NCBI GenBank assembly: GCA_002104905.1
Contig: MCFE01000585.1
Span: 1 to 55,616, forward strand
Length of the DNA stretch: 55,616 bases
Source: Basidiobolus meristosporus CBS 931.73
Lineage: Eukaryota; Fungi; Basidiobolomycota
Direction of reading: 5' to 3'
Made by a program: the position numbers and the translations under genes. This document shows, one piece after another, positions 25,801 through 40,503 of this stretch. How positions within the stretch are numbered: the first letter of the stretch is position 1; each line of letters opens with the position of its first letter. Under the pieces are notes generated by a model, which did not search any database, was not told the DNA's origin, and saw nothing but the letters and a program-made list of their open reading frames with translations.

Positions 25801-28800
25801 GGTCACTCACTGTGGAATATGATGGTGGATCCTCCCACCCTAACATGTATCCTGATTGATAATAGCAGACATGGCTGTAGAGGTAAAAGCTCATATATCA
25901 AGGCTTTTGAAACCCCCCAACCAGGGCGCATCATAGGTCTCTCCAATATCTGAACAGGCTAAAAATATCAGGTTAGAATTGTTTCCGAATGAGTCATTAC
26001 GGAACATTGTTATGGAAATACCTTGCTCCAAATTATCCATCCACACAACCGTGTAGCCATGTTTATCAAATGCACCCATTATTGTTACTCCAAAAGTCCA
26101 AATAGAAAGCACCAAACGCCATTTCCGAAATTCCTTTGGACCGTTACACTTGATCCTACGACGTTTAAGACAATACATATCCACCAAGTCTACAATAGTG
26201 AATGGTTTGCTGCAAACCATGCATAGCCAGAATCGATACCAAAGGGCCGCATTTCATTATCGACGGACATTAGGTGTTTGCTGCACGAATGCCTTAACAG
26301 GATTCTCTGCGAAGTAGAACATTTCGTCCATGGATGTTAGGTACCAATGGTTTGAGTGGGCAAAAATTAGTACCACCTGTACAGCACCTCATGGGCAATC
26401 TACCTCCATTACTAATGTGCCTTAGAATGAGATTCATAACAAAGCTGCCCATATATATAGTCTAATCAGCAGTAGGCAGCTGATGTCTACCCATCCCCGT
26501 TGTTATCCATCTTAGTCACGCGCCGGGCCGCTCTTCTCAAACGGAAGCCAGCCCTATCTAGCATATAGGACAGGGTGCGCCCTCATAAAACTGTCCTAAC
26601 CGTACTCCAATGACGCTGCTGCACAAGTAATTCGCAATATCGTCGATTTCGAGACATTTCCACATTCCAGATATCACTTCACACATCATCATTCCATCAG
26701 CAAATAATCAGCATTCTTCTCGATATACCTTAGCATGTGTACGCATTAGGTAGGTCTATGAGCTGGCTACTGAGTTGGTCTTGGACGCAACTCTATTGTT
26801 GCTCTCCATTGTGCACGAATGTAATGAAATAGGGTAAGCGATCACTGCATCCAGGTTTCATGGCGCAGTGATGAATAAAACGGAGATGACACACATGGCA
26901 ATGCAATGATGTAAATGTAAAGAGTCTATTTCTGCCGTACTTGGTGGTATTGCTATTTAGCTAAATTGATTTGAGTCAATGGATGATCTTGATCTAAATA
27001 TAAGTGGTCCATGCAATGATGTTTTGGTACAAACACTGGATCTTGATCCCTAGTCCTTATGAACGTTGACCACGATAGGATCTAAATATAGCTTAGGACG
27101 GATTGCTTTGCCGAATGTGTGTCACATCAAGCCTGACGAATGCCGGGACTGATCACTGGTGCTACCAACCTGGCCACATGAAAGAAGCTATTCAATAGGA
27201 GTCGAGCCTTTAGCATGAATGCAATGTGAGCGCGGTCAGAAAGGTTCGAGAGAGGCCAGGATGCTCATGGTTCGAGGGATCCATGTTGATTCAACAATCC
27301 AATAAATAAAGGCACTGTAGGTTCCACCCGTTCGTCATCTTGGTCCGGACTCATGGGGCAACCCGGTATCCCATGAGTGCTTGCACAATTGGACTTCAAG
27401 GTGAATAGATGAAAAAATGATGATCACTTCCGGAAGAATCATCTGTTGGTTGATTTTCTGGGAGACAAGGAATACCAATTTGAGTGTGGTAACCGAGACA
27501 AGAAAAAACTGGAATCGTCATTGGTCGCACCTGCGGGTTGTCTTGAAGCACCGCACACCACCAACACCATGTCAATGATCATGCAGCATACCTAAATATA
27601 CTGATCTCTAGACTAAGAGTCCACCAGGGGTTTCGAATTCTCCGAATGGAAAGTGCGCTCACCATCATGATAAGGAAGTGCAGCGGTTGAATACCACAAC
27701 ATGAATCCAGAGTACACATCACGGCTCAAACAGGATCAATACAACCAGAAAATAGGTTTCTTTTAGCACATTTTGATTGGTCGAGCACCTGGTTTGCAAT
27801 GGGTATTATTACACTTTCAGGCAGACCCATATATAGAAAACCCTGCTGGTGCATGTTTGAAAGACCTCAATATGCGTCATTTGCTCACAAAGATGTGGTG
27901 AAATAGAATCTAGAGTGCCACATTTATCCAGAGTTACTCAGTTGGGGGAGGTGTAACGGAAGGGAAGATCATGCACCTCCACCAGAGTTCTCTCCCTCAC
28001 TATTCCCCTATTCAAATCCATCTATCCACAATTAGATGGCGACCTGGGTGAGACAATGTTAATATTGATTGCGATTTCGTATTACCTAAGGCTTGTGAGA
28101 AAATTGGTAGATGTCATACAGCTCTTGCTATTCCACGTTACCACATTTAACGATTCATTTTGTGGTTTATCAGATCCATGAGCAATCACAGTGTTACATT
28201 ATATTGCATTGACTGCAATTTGAAACTCCATTTTGTTACGCAGCATTCTACTCCAAGCCCTTCTGATGTTTTGCTGGTCAGATTTTGCAATGTAATACTT
28301 GATCATATTGAGACGGTTTGGCTCCATCAACGAGGCTACTACCGCTTGTAGAGCCTTCTACAACACTCACTATACTGCGGTTGCTACACATGGACTTCCC
28401 AGTTGGTATGATGTAATTGCTGAATCCACACGGTATCTTAATATGACGCAGATCGTTTGAGATACATTGGGTAAGCACCTAGAGGGTAGGGATGCTGACA
28501 TGGTTGGACTTGTTTAGCTGGGTCGCCTGAGGTTGTGATGGGCTTTCAAATCAGCCACATCTCAAACGCGGGCTGTAATTGTCTGTACTGAGAACACCAT
28601 TGGGCATATCGCCACCCTGGCCAACTATATTGGTGCGTGGTTTTACATTCGGTTGAGCTTGGCTGATGAGTATAATTACCATTCAATGCGCAATGAATGT
28701 GTTAGTGTGGCAATGCGCTCGCCTATGCTGACACAGTTACTTTCCATCACAGCAGTACCCGGTTATTCTGCTGCTTGTCCAATCATAGCAGGAATCGTGA

Positions 28801-30075
28801 ATTCGGGTCGTGCGTCTGTATCAGGGCTATACCACAGGCTGGCACAAGGTAGGGCTTGTATAAATAATTGAAACCATGGAAGAATCGTGCATGATTATGA
28901 TTGATTATGGGTACACAATGCTAGCACCGCAATAACTGGATACCTAGATGCATCTACTGCACCGCTACCGTTCTTAGCAATGCCAAGTCATCTGAAAAGC
29001 TTGACTAAGCCAAGATCTTGATAGCACCATTCAAGACAGCTATCAACACCGATGAGCACATTGATTGTGGTCTCTTAGCTTCTTGTTAGATTTAATTCAC
29101 CAAAGTCGATCTGATCCGGAGTTGGCTCCTGCAGCAAATAATTGTCTCACATTAGGGGAATTTAATGAAATCACCACTCTACTCCATATGCATGCTCCCG
29201 GCTTGTCAAGGACGACTCAATGGAAAAAACTGATCCAGAAAACTCTTAACGCATGAAGGATTGCTGAGAAACGGATTTGTTTGATGTGTAAGAGGAGGGG
29301 TCTTTACCCAGGCTCTCGCAAATGAAACCATCGGTGAGTAAGCAGAATAAGATGATCACACAGCTTGTTGAGTTGGACCAACAGACTGGCTGTGGATTCA
29401 ATTGGGATCGATGCGGGCTATTTAATCATGCTATTTTAGCAACATAAAAGTTGGATACATCACAAAGGTTGCTATTCCAAGGTGCCACGGGAGTTGATAC
29501 CTCATTGAATGGGAAAATGCCCAATAATCAGCATCTAAAGAATGGGGTACAAATGGTACGATTCAGAGCTTGCAGACCTCACCCTATATTGCAATAATAA
29601 CCAAACTGTACAGATGTGCACATATTGTCCATTTTGAAATATCGCCCTTTCGGTTGCCAAAACCAATCTGATACTTGCAATCTAATGTTACTCAGTAATA
29701 TGCTGCTGACTGACTGGATTAGCTAACTGCGGATGCCAAAAATCAATGATGCGAAGAGAATTCACTTAACCCCCATAGGTAGATCACAGCTAATTAAATG
29801 ATTTAGAATTGGCTCATAATCCGCCCGACTGATCTGTTCTTGGTGACACAATCGGCAGTATGTGGTAAGTTGTTATTTCCTGACCACCAAGAGACTCAAA
29901 CCTGATCGAGTCGGGTTTCCAATACATTCTGAATCCTCAGGTTTGTGATCAAGTTAGCATCCGCTCGAATATATAAGCTGCCGTGGTGCTCGCCCGACTG
30001 GCAATTACAGGCTGTCGACAATTTGCATCTGCTATAAAACTCATATTAGAACCTCGTTGCTCAACGTCACCAACT

Positions 30076-30669
30076 ATGGACTTGTATCTCAGCAATCCTG
30101 TCGAGCAATTGAACTGCTTCTGTCAGGGCAGTACGCTCTCGCAGCATTTCCTTTCGCTTACCAACGATTTCTCCCCCGTGAACTTTGTATCGGAGATGGT
30201 CGAGCATCTGTGGCATTGCCGCCCGACCCTCTTTCCCTCCTCCACCCAACACATGTTCACCGTCTTCTGCAAAAATATCATCACCCGAATGTCGGTTCTG
30301 CCAACCACGCTCTTTCTTGCCCTGAAATACATCCATCGCCTGCGGAAGAGCTCGTCCAACTCATGCCCCTCCGAAGGGTCGGAGTATCTGGTCTTCATTA
30401 CCTCCCTGATCCTTGCACACAAATTCCTTGAAGATGACACGTACACCAATCAGGCCTGGGCTGATATCTCCAAGATTCCTGTTGAGCAGTTGAACAAGAT
30501 GGAGAAACATTTCCTAAGAAGGATGAACTACCATCTCAATACTTCGCAGGAAGAGTTTATCCAATGGGTGGAATACCTTGAAGGCTACCTCTCTTACCGA
30601 TCAACTCTCCGTGTGATGACTTCATCGAGCCCAGCCGCCCCCATCTATCTTTCCAATAGCATGTTCTAA
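30076..30669 (+). CDS. Pho80/Pcl-family cyclin (Clg1/Pcl5-like)
   Basis: TTLFLALKYIHRL...EYLVFITSLILAHKFLEDDTYTNQAW...LNKMEKHFL..MNYHL cyclin box. The first ATG is at 30076. Confidence 0.88.
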   Translation: MDLYLSNPVEQLNCFCQGSTLSQHFLSLTNDFSPVNFVSEMVEHLWHCRPTLFPSSTQHMFTVFCKNIITRMSVLPTTLFLALKYIHRLRKSSSNSCPSEGSEYLVFITSLILAHKFLEDDTYTNQAWADISKIPVEQLNKMEKHFLRRMNYHLNTSQEEFIQWVEYLEGYLSYRSTLRVMTSSSPAAPIYLSNSMF

Positions 30670-33650
30670 GCCCATTCATCCCCACTGCTGTAGATTGTTT
30701 GATCATGGTTACTCACCTGACCTGTGAATTTCTTTGGTATCACCTGTATTTTTACTACGCTCCAAACTAGAATGCCCGAGTTGCACCAAAATTTATTACC
30801 GTCATGTCCTGTATATTCAACCAGCCCGAATCCTGTAGAATAGTCAAATATAAAGATTACATAGCACCAAGTGTTTGGCCCGTCTTTTACCGTGTGAATC
30901 TTACCATTAAACCAACATTCTTCCACAATGCTGAATGCCTAAAATCTTTATCCGCACATCTATTGGAGTGGTGGAAACAAGGCTATTCACGCCGATTCAT
31001 GCTCCACCAAACCACCGCAAAGTCCGAATGCAATGGCAACAATTGGCGAGAACGTGCTGGGAACTCAATCAACAGTGCCTTATTATCCGCCATCTGAGAG
31101 TTTCAGCAGGATTGGCAGGCATAGCGACTCCTTTTGGGGCATGAACTTGTTGGGAACCGGTTAATGGTCAGCTATGGTACTGTAGATGCGGCATTCTCAC
31201 TTTGTTTCTGAGAAAGGTTTGTTTGGGAATATATGCCTGACGTGAGCAGCCTTTTGCTATCTCACTGTTTGGGACAAAACGCCCATATGAGCCCTTACAC
31301 CTTGGCCACCCCAGTCATGCGCACTCGGAGTGTTTGAATGTTTGAGACGACTGGGGGCTATGTCTACGATAATGGGTCAGGGGTGTATTCCCATTGTGTA
31401 TCCGAAGCCGAGCTGGCTAAAACGCTTGTTGAATGGATGTTATTTGATAAAAGGGAAATAGTCGGGGCCTATCTCCTCTACTAGTTTGATTCATGTTGAT
31501 TCAACCCCAGGCATGACACTATCCGCTGCTAATTATCCAAGCGTGAATAGGAGCCGGTTAGGGACCACATCCAGACTACATGGCATTGTGGGCAACACAT
31601 CTTCTTGTGATCAATGGTATTCCTATCAATGAAGGTCTCATGGTCGCATTGATATGAAATCTCTACATGAGCATTTCCAGGGAACCAGTTTTCTGCTGAA
31701 ATCGACTCGACCAGAGTTGAGACCAAACCTGGAATATTACTCAGAATACCCACTTAACCAGATTCCTTTAAGTGGCATGCCTATGCCATAATAGGATCAT
31801 AGTATATTACTCCTCGTGCAAATCACCTCGACGTGCAATGACAAGCACCCCCATCCTGATTGCGGACGCTGTATATATGTTTTTCCAAGTCACCATGTTT
31901 CAAATGGCCGAGCTCGTGCATCCGCCCATGTGAAGGGTGATTGCCGGAGTTTTTCCGGGGCTGAGGATTCACCCAGCCATCATATTCTCAGCAAAATCTC
32001 AATGGCGGATCTAGTATTATCGCAGAATATCTGATATTATCGTCAAATCACGTCACCTCCAATGAAATGACCCGTTTGCCACCAGATTGCTTGGGAGACT
32101 GATTTAGCCTTTTCAGTTTCCCCTGCCATGTCATGGAGTGAGAACGTGCTTGGATGGATTATGTAGGTGCTGTGAACACCATTGGCTAGCAGTCGGCAAG
32201 CGTAAACTAACCAAAAAGCATGATCCACCAACCACAAGTGTGTCCAGATACAACACCCACCTTCCTGAATGATGCCGACTTATGCCAGATGGCTTGGAGC
32301 ATCCATGCTTCAAGGAGCAACCCAACATCCCATCCAACGATCATACGTCCCACACTGGATGCAGCATCCAGCCCTCCTTGGCTGAAGAGTTGAGATTGCT
32401 GTTGTGCCTTCCGAATCGAGTTGTCATGCACGTTGGTTCCACGCAAAATACTTGAGCCACAGCAGAGGTTAAATTTAGATTGAGTAGGGTGAATTGCATG
32501 ATGGACCAGCCATCCACAAAAATGGTCGATTTTTCCATCGCTGTTTTTAGATGGCTTGCTGGGACCACCCTGCATCGGTTTAGGCACCATATATGACTCG
32601 CCGGCATGCTAAAGAATGCTTACATAGGCCAATTGCTTAGTGCCTGGGTGCTTGGAATGTAGATGTAAGGCATGGATCGGCCAGAAGACACCATCTGTAG
32701 CGCCGCAGGGCTGGATGATTTTGTCTACAGACTACCCACCCAGCTGATCCCACCCCCGACCAGGAACTAGCAACTGATAACCTATGGACGCTGCGGCCCC
32801 AGTTGGGAGTGGCCGAAGACGACTCACACTCCGCCACTCCTCCATGCAGTGTCATAATCTTAGGACCTGGATGCTCGCACCCGAATGGGACTTGGATGAA
32901 GGCTATCTGATAGACTCATCGATACACCCGCTGGGCTGAATCACCTCCCACCACCGTGGTCTACCCTACGTAGGAAGGAATGAGGATACATGATTCATCC
33001 GGCGTAACAACACGAGCCAAACTTGAGTCCTGGTCGAGATGATTCACCGGGGCAGAAGTGCCAACCGATAGGAGCAGGAGATCAGAAGGGGAAATCGCCA
33101 AAACCTGCAAACCAAGCATTATTAATCCACCCCCGGAGCTCTTTCTCTTTTCTATGACCCAGCCTGTAATCAATCAGGACATCTCAGATAAATCATACCA
33201 TGGATTTCTCAACCAATTGACAATCTGGGAAGGATGGTTCCTCCCGGAACTTAATCTACCGAGTTCACGATCACCTGGCCGCAATCAAGGCTCTGAACGG
33301 ATTTGTAACTAACTCAAATTAGTAATCATCATGAATTGGCCAATTGCTTTGTGCGACCACCACTGAAGCCCCATTGTTTTCTGAAGGAACTGGAGGAGAA
33401 GGTATCGGATTCGCCAAGAGCACTTACCAATTTAAGGAGTTTCTCTCTTGGGTCATGCATGCAGCTAGCCTTCCTCCCTGCCTGTGTTTTATCCATTCCC
33501 ACATTAAGAATGTCAACCATATGGCGGATAATACTCCTTAGATTAGGAATTTATCGATGCACCCTTGGTAGGCCAAGAGCGATCCCATTGGATGGCGGTG
33601 AGAGTCAAAATTTTAGGCGGTGTTTTCGTTTAGATAAATAACCAATTCCA

Positions 33651-34268
33651 ATGGAGCTCCGACGTAAAGTTACTTCCACCTCCCGCCCTTTTATCCACCA
33701 CTTTTCTGGATTCACCATGTTAGCCCAAAGCGTGAACAGTAACCGTTTGGCCAAGAGCGAGGGCGCGCATCTGGGGCAAAGGAGGGTCAAGCTTATCACC
33801 GGAGAGTTCCACACCACCCACGAAATCCTCTCCCATCGACACACGCTCGCCCCACTTCTGTTCAACGACCAGGAGTCTTCCGACTTCTTGCTTCGACTCT
33901 TCGACGCCAAAGAGACCCGCGAGATTTGGGTACATGATTTTCTCCTTGTCAACCAGAGCCAACTGTTCGCTTGCGTGTTTCGTAAATGCGAGAAGCAATC
34001 CAATAATTGCACCAACAACAATTCCATCTGCTCCAAGATCCCCATCTCCATGAGCTTTGAAGGAAAGGAAGTTCGATGCGTTGAACTGAACGTCCCATGT
34101 ATCACCACCTTTGTGAACCTACTGAAATGGCTCTATGACCATAACGACAAAGCATGGATGGACACTTTCACCAGAGAGAACTTTCAGAACGTCCTTGAAA
34201 ACATCGCCTACCTGCGACTTGGAATGGAAGCCTATGATGTTTGTGCCGAATTCTATGAAACCTTCTAA
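33651..34268 (+). CDS. Uncharacterised BTB/POZ-like protein (paralog 2)
   Basis: 205-aa intronless ORF with LFNDQESSDFLLRLFD, IWVHDFLL, LNVPCITTFVNLLKWLY and LENIAYLRL. Aligns with the ORF at 22193-22810. Confidence 0.7.
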   Translation: MELRRKVTSTSRPFIHHFSGFTMLAQSVNSNRLAKSEGAHLGQRRVKLITGEFHTTHEILSHRHTLAPLLFNDQESSDFLLRLFDAKETREIWVHDFLLVNQSQLFACVFRKCEKQSNNCTNNNSICSKIPISMSFEGKEVRCVELNVPCITTFVNLLKWLYDHNDKAWMDTFTRENFQNVLENIAYLRLGMEAYDVCAEFYETF

Positions 34269-36518
34269 GAATATGAGCCCAAAGCGCATCGTATCAATCA
34301 TTGTATTAATCTTAATATAGATCGGAGGCATGGTGCCATCGTTCGGGGTTGAGCTATTGGATGAGAATCTGTAAATTACTCAACCTCATTCTATTCCATG
34401 GTCGAACATGGAAAGGAGTGTATATAATAATCATGGCTGAATATAGTTGATTACAATAGATGATTATTCCAGCATATCTATTTCGTTTTTAGCAAATAAA
34501 TAGTGAAGAACGCTTATCAAACCATATTTTTGGGCATCGCTTTGGAAAACAATAGCCGGTTAGCAAGTGATGAAGCATGGCATATCAGGCCTTTATGGCA
34601 TCGGGTATTTATTGCTGGTTGCGAGCAGGCTCGTAGTGAGTGATATGAGAGGTATAATATTGATCGGGAACGGTGGGTGCTACATTATATTGCCTATTGC
34701 CATGATAGGCTAGGTAGTTGAATACTTAGGGCGAGGCATTCATAGGCCATCTAATTTTCCAGATTCATTTTTCCGTACGCCGCACAACAAATCAAATCGG
34801 TAGTTTTGTTGAGAGGAGCAAGGGCCTCCTTATTTTGTACCCGCATGTTCGATAGGCCAGTACGAATACGTATCGATTGTGTGAATCTTCCCTTGTCAGC
34901 CTGCTACAGTTTGGACGACTTTCTTCTACGTGTTATTTCGAAGTTGCCAAGAATGTGCTATTGTCCCATTGATTTTTGGTGGTATCCTTTCTGCAAGCAA
35001 CAGCGGATGCGGATTTCCGATTGTAATTTCGGTTAGCATGGTCCCTGCGAAATGCTTGGCCCAAATAGAATGCCTGGAGTTCCGTAATAATCTGGAAACC
35101 CCGCTCATTATGGTGCAAATTAATCACATTTATCAAAGCAATTGGTAATTGGACTCTGAATAACGCAAGGTTTGCTTTTCGAAAGCCCGGTTACATCTGT
35201 AGCATGTAAATCAAATTTTGTGAGCCTGCGTGAACCAGTCAAATTATGTGCTCCTTTGGCAGGTAACATCTTTACAAAGCTGCATCAGAGACAGTGATTT
35301 TCAGTCCTCCCCAAAATTCCAAGCTGTAAGGGCCTTAGCATAGTGGGGTGTCGCCGTCACTTCCTGTGCTGCGAATGAATTTTGTCAAACGGTTGATTCT
35401 ATTTCACCAAGTATGCATCTACTATTTCTACCAACTTGAACAAGTAGAAGGATTAGAACCGCGATAATTCTAAGTGAGTTTTCAAATCGTCTGGCAACAC
35501 TCAAGCGCTGTATCTAGTTTTCTGGACCCATTAATGGTATGGGCTCACATTTAAGGTTATCTAACTCTGTTGGCAAGCATATTATATATGCCTTACCGAT
35601 AATCATTGATCTATGCAATATTCTCTAAATGTGCATTACTAAACCTAGTATAATGTAAAATGAATCGTAACAAAAAGCCGGAATATCTTGCTACTTAATT
35701 TGGCTTCAAGATACATCTGGAGCCAATCATGCTTAAATTATTACCTATATCCAGCTAAGAAAACTCCAATAGTACTATGTATCCGCTGTTATTCGACCCT
35801 TGGTTTTTTAGCACTTGCAGTGTGATTACTACAAATGCAAGTCCAGAAATTTCGCTGATTGTAATTTACTTAGGTTAGTGGAATTTTTGCCGACTTTCAC
35901 ATGTGCTCTGATGGTATCCAACGAAAGCTTCAACTAGGGCTAATTTCTGATGCCAATATTACAACCTTCATCAGGAATATATTTTTTCCACCCCATTATG
36001 ACCAACAACGAGTTGTTGGGATTTATAGATACTTTCGGCGCTGAACTAAATAATCTCAAGTTTCGAATCATCTAGTTTCCCTTGATGAGTCATCAGGTTG
36101 ATTTTATACGATTCTTCTGCTTCTATCGACCATTCTCTATATTCTCCCAGATTTTGCAGAGCAATAAACGCATTCCAAGTATGCAACATTATGAGCCTTA
36201 TATAATAGAAATCCTAGTATGTTTGGTGTTAATATATAAATTATATCAAGTATATATGAATACTCTGAAATCAGTTTTTTATTTTACTGTATTCACATGT
36301 ATCATCACTTGGGTATTATGGACTATGAATAGTGGGTGCCCTCCTGCTCGAAATATATGGGTGTCAGTTGGTTGATAGATATGGAATACCTGAAACTATC
36401 TTGGAGTATCAAGTATTTAGAGGTAAACAGTCTATTTCCTCATGGCGTAGGTTATAAATACTTCAGGGATATTGGAGATACTGGAACTCATTAGGAAAGT
36501 ATGCGGATTATGCATTTT

Positions 36519-36865
36519 TGTTGTAAGAATCTTGGGGATATTGGAGGTGACAGGGAGAGCAAGTAGATTTTATGGTTTACACCTAACGATTTACTGAATG
36601 TAAACGTAGTATATATATTTTTACATGGAATTACCCAGAAAAACACGTAGAATATGCTTAGGAAGGTTTCAAGAGCAGGTGGGCAAAGTTTGAGGCTGTT
36701 TGAATAACTTAACAACTTTTCATGTCCGGGGTACCTGATATTTTGGTGGGGTATTCTTGGTAAATCCCGACAGGGAATTTAGCCAGAATTCTCTAAGATT
36801 TGTAGACTATGATCTAGGTGACCAAGTTAAATGAATACCTAAGTGTAATTACGAAATTTATAACA
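36519..36865 (-). repeat. Solo LTR of a related, older copia subfamily (inverted)
   Basis: The reverse complement reads TGTTATAAATTTCG...CTTACAACA (347 bp) and is colinear with the 350-bp LTR. Flanks ATTTT/TTTTT resemble a 5-bp TSD with one mismatch. Confidence 0.85.
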
Positions 36866-39800
36866 TTTTTATCTAATGGCACACTGCACACAAAGATGGT
36901 ATCAACTCTCCTACAAGATACAGTTTAGAAAGAACACTGAATATGCTCAAACGGGTTAAAGAGCACATATGTAGAATTTAAGAACTATTGCACTTTTTCC
37001 AAAGGTACCATACTCAGGGAACCTGACAATTCAATGGAAATATTACAGGTATTACCAAATAGTAATTCTAATCTTTAAGCTTTATTAAATTCTGACCAAC
37101 TTCCAAGTCAGCAAGCTGACATATATATTTAGTTGTGATAGCTAAAAATAGTACAGGAGATGATTGCTTGAATAAAGACAATGTTGCATCTATGTTTGCT
37201 ACTTGAAAGTTGCCATTGAAAATGCCATGACCACCACTTTGCGTTTAGTTACCAAAGCAAGATAGGAAGTTTTTGCAGAGTATGGTTGAAGCCCAATTGG
37301 CTTGAAACTATTTGACCTATTAATTCCTATTTTCATCATTTTATCAAATTATCACCATGTTATTATGATAGTATGTCGTTATTCCTTGAATCATGAGATC
37401 AGTTACCAATGAGTGAGGATCTTAGCATGGATATATGCAAATAGAGAACGGTTGCATATTAATGTTGTGGTATGGCAATACTTTAACAATCCATAGTTTA
37501 AGCAATTTTTAATTGATGTTATATGAAAAACCAATGAGTATAGAATAACATGAAAACACATTGTATCACAAGGGTGTTTTGGTTTTAGACAGCAATCAAA
37601 TCCTCCAAGTCTCTCCAGTGCAGAGCTATTCATTATACTACAACATTTAGTAGGGGTAGCTATATTAAATCCCACTGGCATTTACCATGCTATTGCCCCA
37701 TACAATGCCATGCCCTAGGTAAACCTGGATGGTGTGCCGGAATATTAATGTGTATTCACTATGTTCATGTGAGATAGTATGATGTGTTGTTGGCTATCAA
37801 GGAATTCAATAGTAAACATCCACAGTTCGAGAATATAGATTTACCATAATTTCTTCACATTATGAAAGTGACCAATACTAAACCACCGTGGAAAATACAT
37901 ATTGATGCTTACGCCCTTGCCGGTGAATGATCAAATTCCATGTGCATGATCCTATTTATGGGCCAAAAAATTCATGAAGTAGGGCTATGTTATAGATGGA
38001 TGCGGGATGCGGAGCCTACCAGACTAATGCCAATGCATAATATGCAGCGGATATCAAGGTATCATGTTGTGCGAGATTCTCGAACTTTGCTATGCATTCA
38101 TCTCTCTTGGCAATTCTCTTATCTACTATTCCACCAGAGGTACATAGGCACATTCATACGGAGAGGTAATCGACATGTGCTAACCCGGGTGCATATCCAC
38201 GATCATTGAAAGCGCAGCCTCTCTTTCATGCAGATTTTAATGAACACAATGACTGTATCCGGTCACTATACGCATGCCTCTGCCCCCACAACCAATACAA
38301 TGTAATAAGGTATTCAGACTCTGGATGAAATTTTGATATTTTACAGGATATCGCTTGATGTACACGAACCGTTGGTTCGAAGTGACAGTACGTTGATCGC
38401 ACTGCGCATCGACAAAGCGAGAGCAATCCGTAAACCATTCGTGCAATGGTTTTTTGATACCATGTTCTAGGAACGCAAGTGCCATCAAAGGAGGCACTTA
38501 TTCTCAGGGTTTCAGCCGCTACTTACTACAAGACACTTAGTCGAAATGGATACACTATTTTCTACACGGGGTTTCAAGAGCTAGAATAGATACAACAAGC
38601 ACAGCATTGTGGGTTTCTTGTGGCCAGAAATCCACTGAACCAATACCGCAAAAGAAAATTCTTGGGAGAAGCAACGTAGGGTTAGGTATCTTCATCTGTG
38701 ATACAGGATAAAACCTAGGGAAGCCTCTCTACTATGACGTAAGGTTCCAAAACACCTCCCTGATCAACGACAGCGTACATGCGATATGGGGTTCATGACG
38801 GTATTGGGTCGTCTATTAATACTCCAGAATATCGGTGGATTTGTGACACGCTACCGCCCATCCGGTTTCAAATTAGGCCTACTCGAAGGCTACTAATGGG
38901 ATGGCCTGTCAGAAGCCAGGTGCGGAGAAAATCAAGCCCAGCTGAGCGGCCCATGTTGGCATGATCTAATCGGCGCTTGATATTGGCACGAGTAATATTT
39001 CATCCGGTCTCGTGTCGGTGTTACCTCGCTTTGGGCTCATGAAGCCTAGCTATCAAATCGGGATTAGTAATGAAATTTGGCAAGCAATGCAGCTAGTAAA
39101 TCAAAGAGCTTCTGGTCGCTTCGAGTGATCGAGTAGAGCAGTTGCGATTGGTAAGGGATGCAGTGATATTATCAGCGCGCAGGTCAAATCCGCGCTCCGA
39201 GCCAAATATGGGTCGCGGAATGGTCCGCACATGGTAGGCCAAGCGATGTAGCTGTGATAACCACTGCTCGACCAGTCAATGTGCACAACAGATATCTTAA
39301 GCCTCTATCACATTTGGCTGCCCTGAAGAGCCCCTTAGAAATTAGGGTTCCGAAGAGCATGCAGATTACGGAGATGTAATATGCAAATCAACCTGTGTAT
39401 CTGACACTCCTAGCCAATCCGGTACTACCAGGACTCCCTCCAACCTTATGCTTATTAGTAATCAGTGCCAAGCGGCCACTGATAGCGATCATGCAAGCAA
39501 TATTAAGCAGCTCAACCTCCAAGATAGGATACGAATGGGTGCCCATATGGAGCCTGTTGTCACGCGCGAGAGGCGGTCCACCAGATAGCTTCATTTGTCG
39601 TAGACTCTTCTTCAGTAGTGTCCGTATCCCAAGTATGCATTCAACCTAGTGATGTCATTGAGATCCTTGTTTTTGGAAAGACCACTCTAAAATACAGTCT
39701 GGAACAGGCAGTACCCAATAACCACCTGGCTGCCACATACATCGAGATGTCGGGGCATTTGTCAAATGCATTGCTTATCTCAAACATGCCAAAGACCAAT

Positions 39801-40503
39801 TGATCCACAGGCCATCAGTATGGTTACGCTAAAGCCGATACCCAATTCCGGCACTCCTCGTTAGTATGACCTCATGAAGAGTAGCAACTGCCCACCTCCA
39901 GCTCATGCTCCATTTCATGAGGCGCGGCCTATGGTCCAATTCTAGATTCAGGGAGCATTGAGTGCCGCCCAGTGACCATCTTCCGATATTTGTCACATAG
40001 TAGATCTCCTTCCAGACGAAAACATTACTCACAGTTCAATTGCACCGTAGTGGTGCCGTGGAAATTAGCCTATTGATGGCGGAGCACCCGCTTTGGTGCC
40101 CACATGCCCTTTTCGGCGATTAGAAGTCGGACCAAAATCCGTTCGCAGTTTCAGTCCCACCTTTCCATAGATACGGTCATCAAGACTCTGCCTGCACAGT
40201 ATGTGACTTTCAGGTGTTGGCGATTGCCTGTCCATACCCAAGGATTTGGTTTATTCCAAGCAGAAGTATCAAGAAAGTGGCGGAACTCAGAATATTATAC
40301 GAAGTATATTTACAAAAAATGGGCAATGAATACAGAAGCAGGATAGCATGTAGGGTTAGCACAACCAGAGACCGTAGCTAGAAATGGCACTGACGCGTCT
40401 AGTTTCCACGCCTTGCCTCTCGCCAGCCATGGGTTAATACTATTGTACGAGAAGCTCTGGATTTGGTTTTTGCATACGAATCCTGGGACAGGATTATACG
40501 AAG

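Noticed and set aside
25891-26220. SIWTFGVTIM resembling kinase subdomain IX
   Set aside because: No HRD, DFG or APE motifs were found nearby. A single weak match.
28653-28871. GYSAACPIIAGIV resembling a subtilase/sedolisin catalytic Ser motif
   Set aside because: The GTS core is altered, there are no other family motifs, and the ORF is short with a non-ATG start.
32207-32590. GP...IDHFCGW resembling gypsy integrase
   Set aside because: The remaining D,D35E residues are not identifiable, there are no LTRs, and CpG is not depleted as in real TE relics here.
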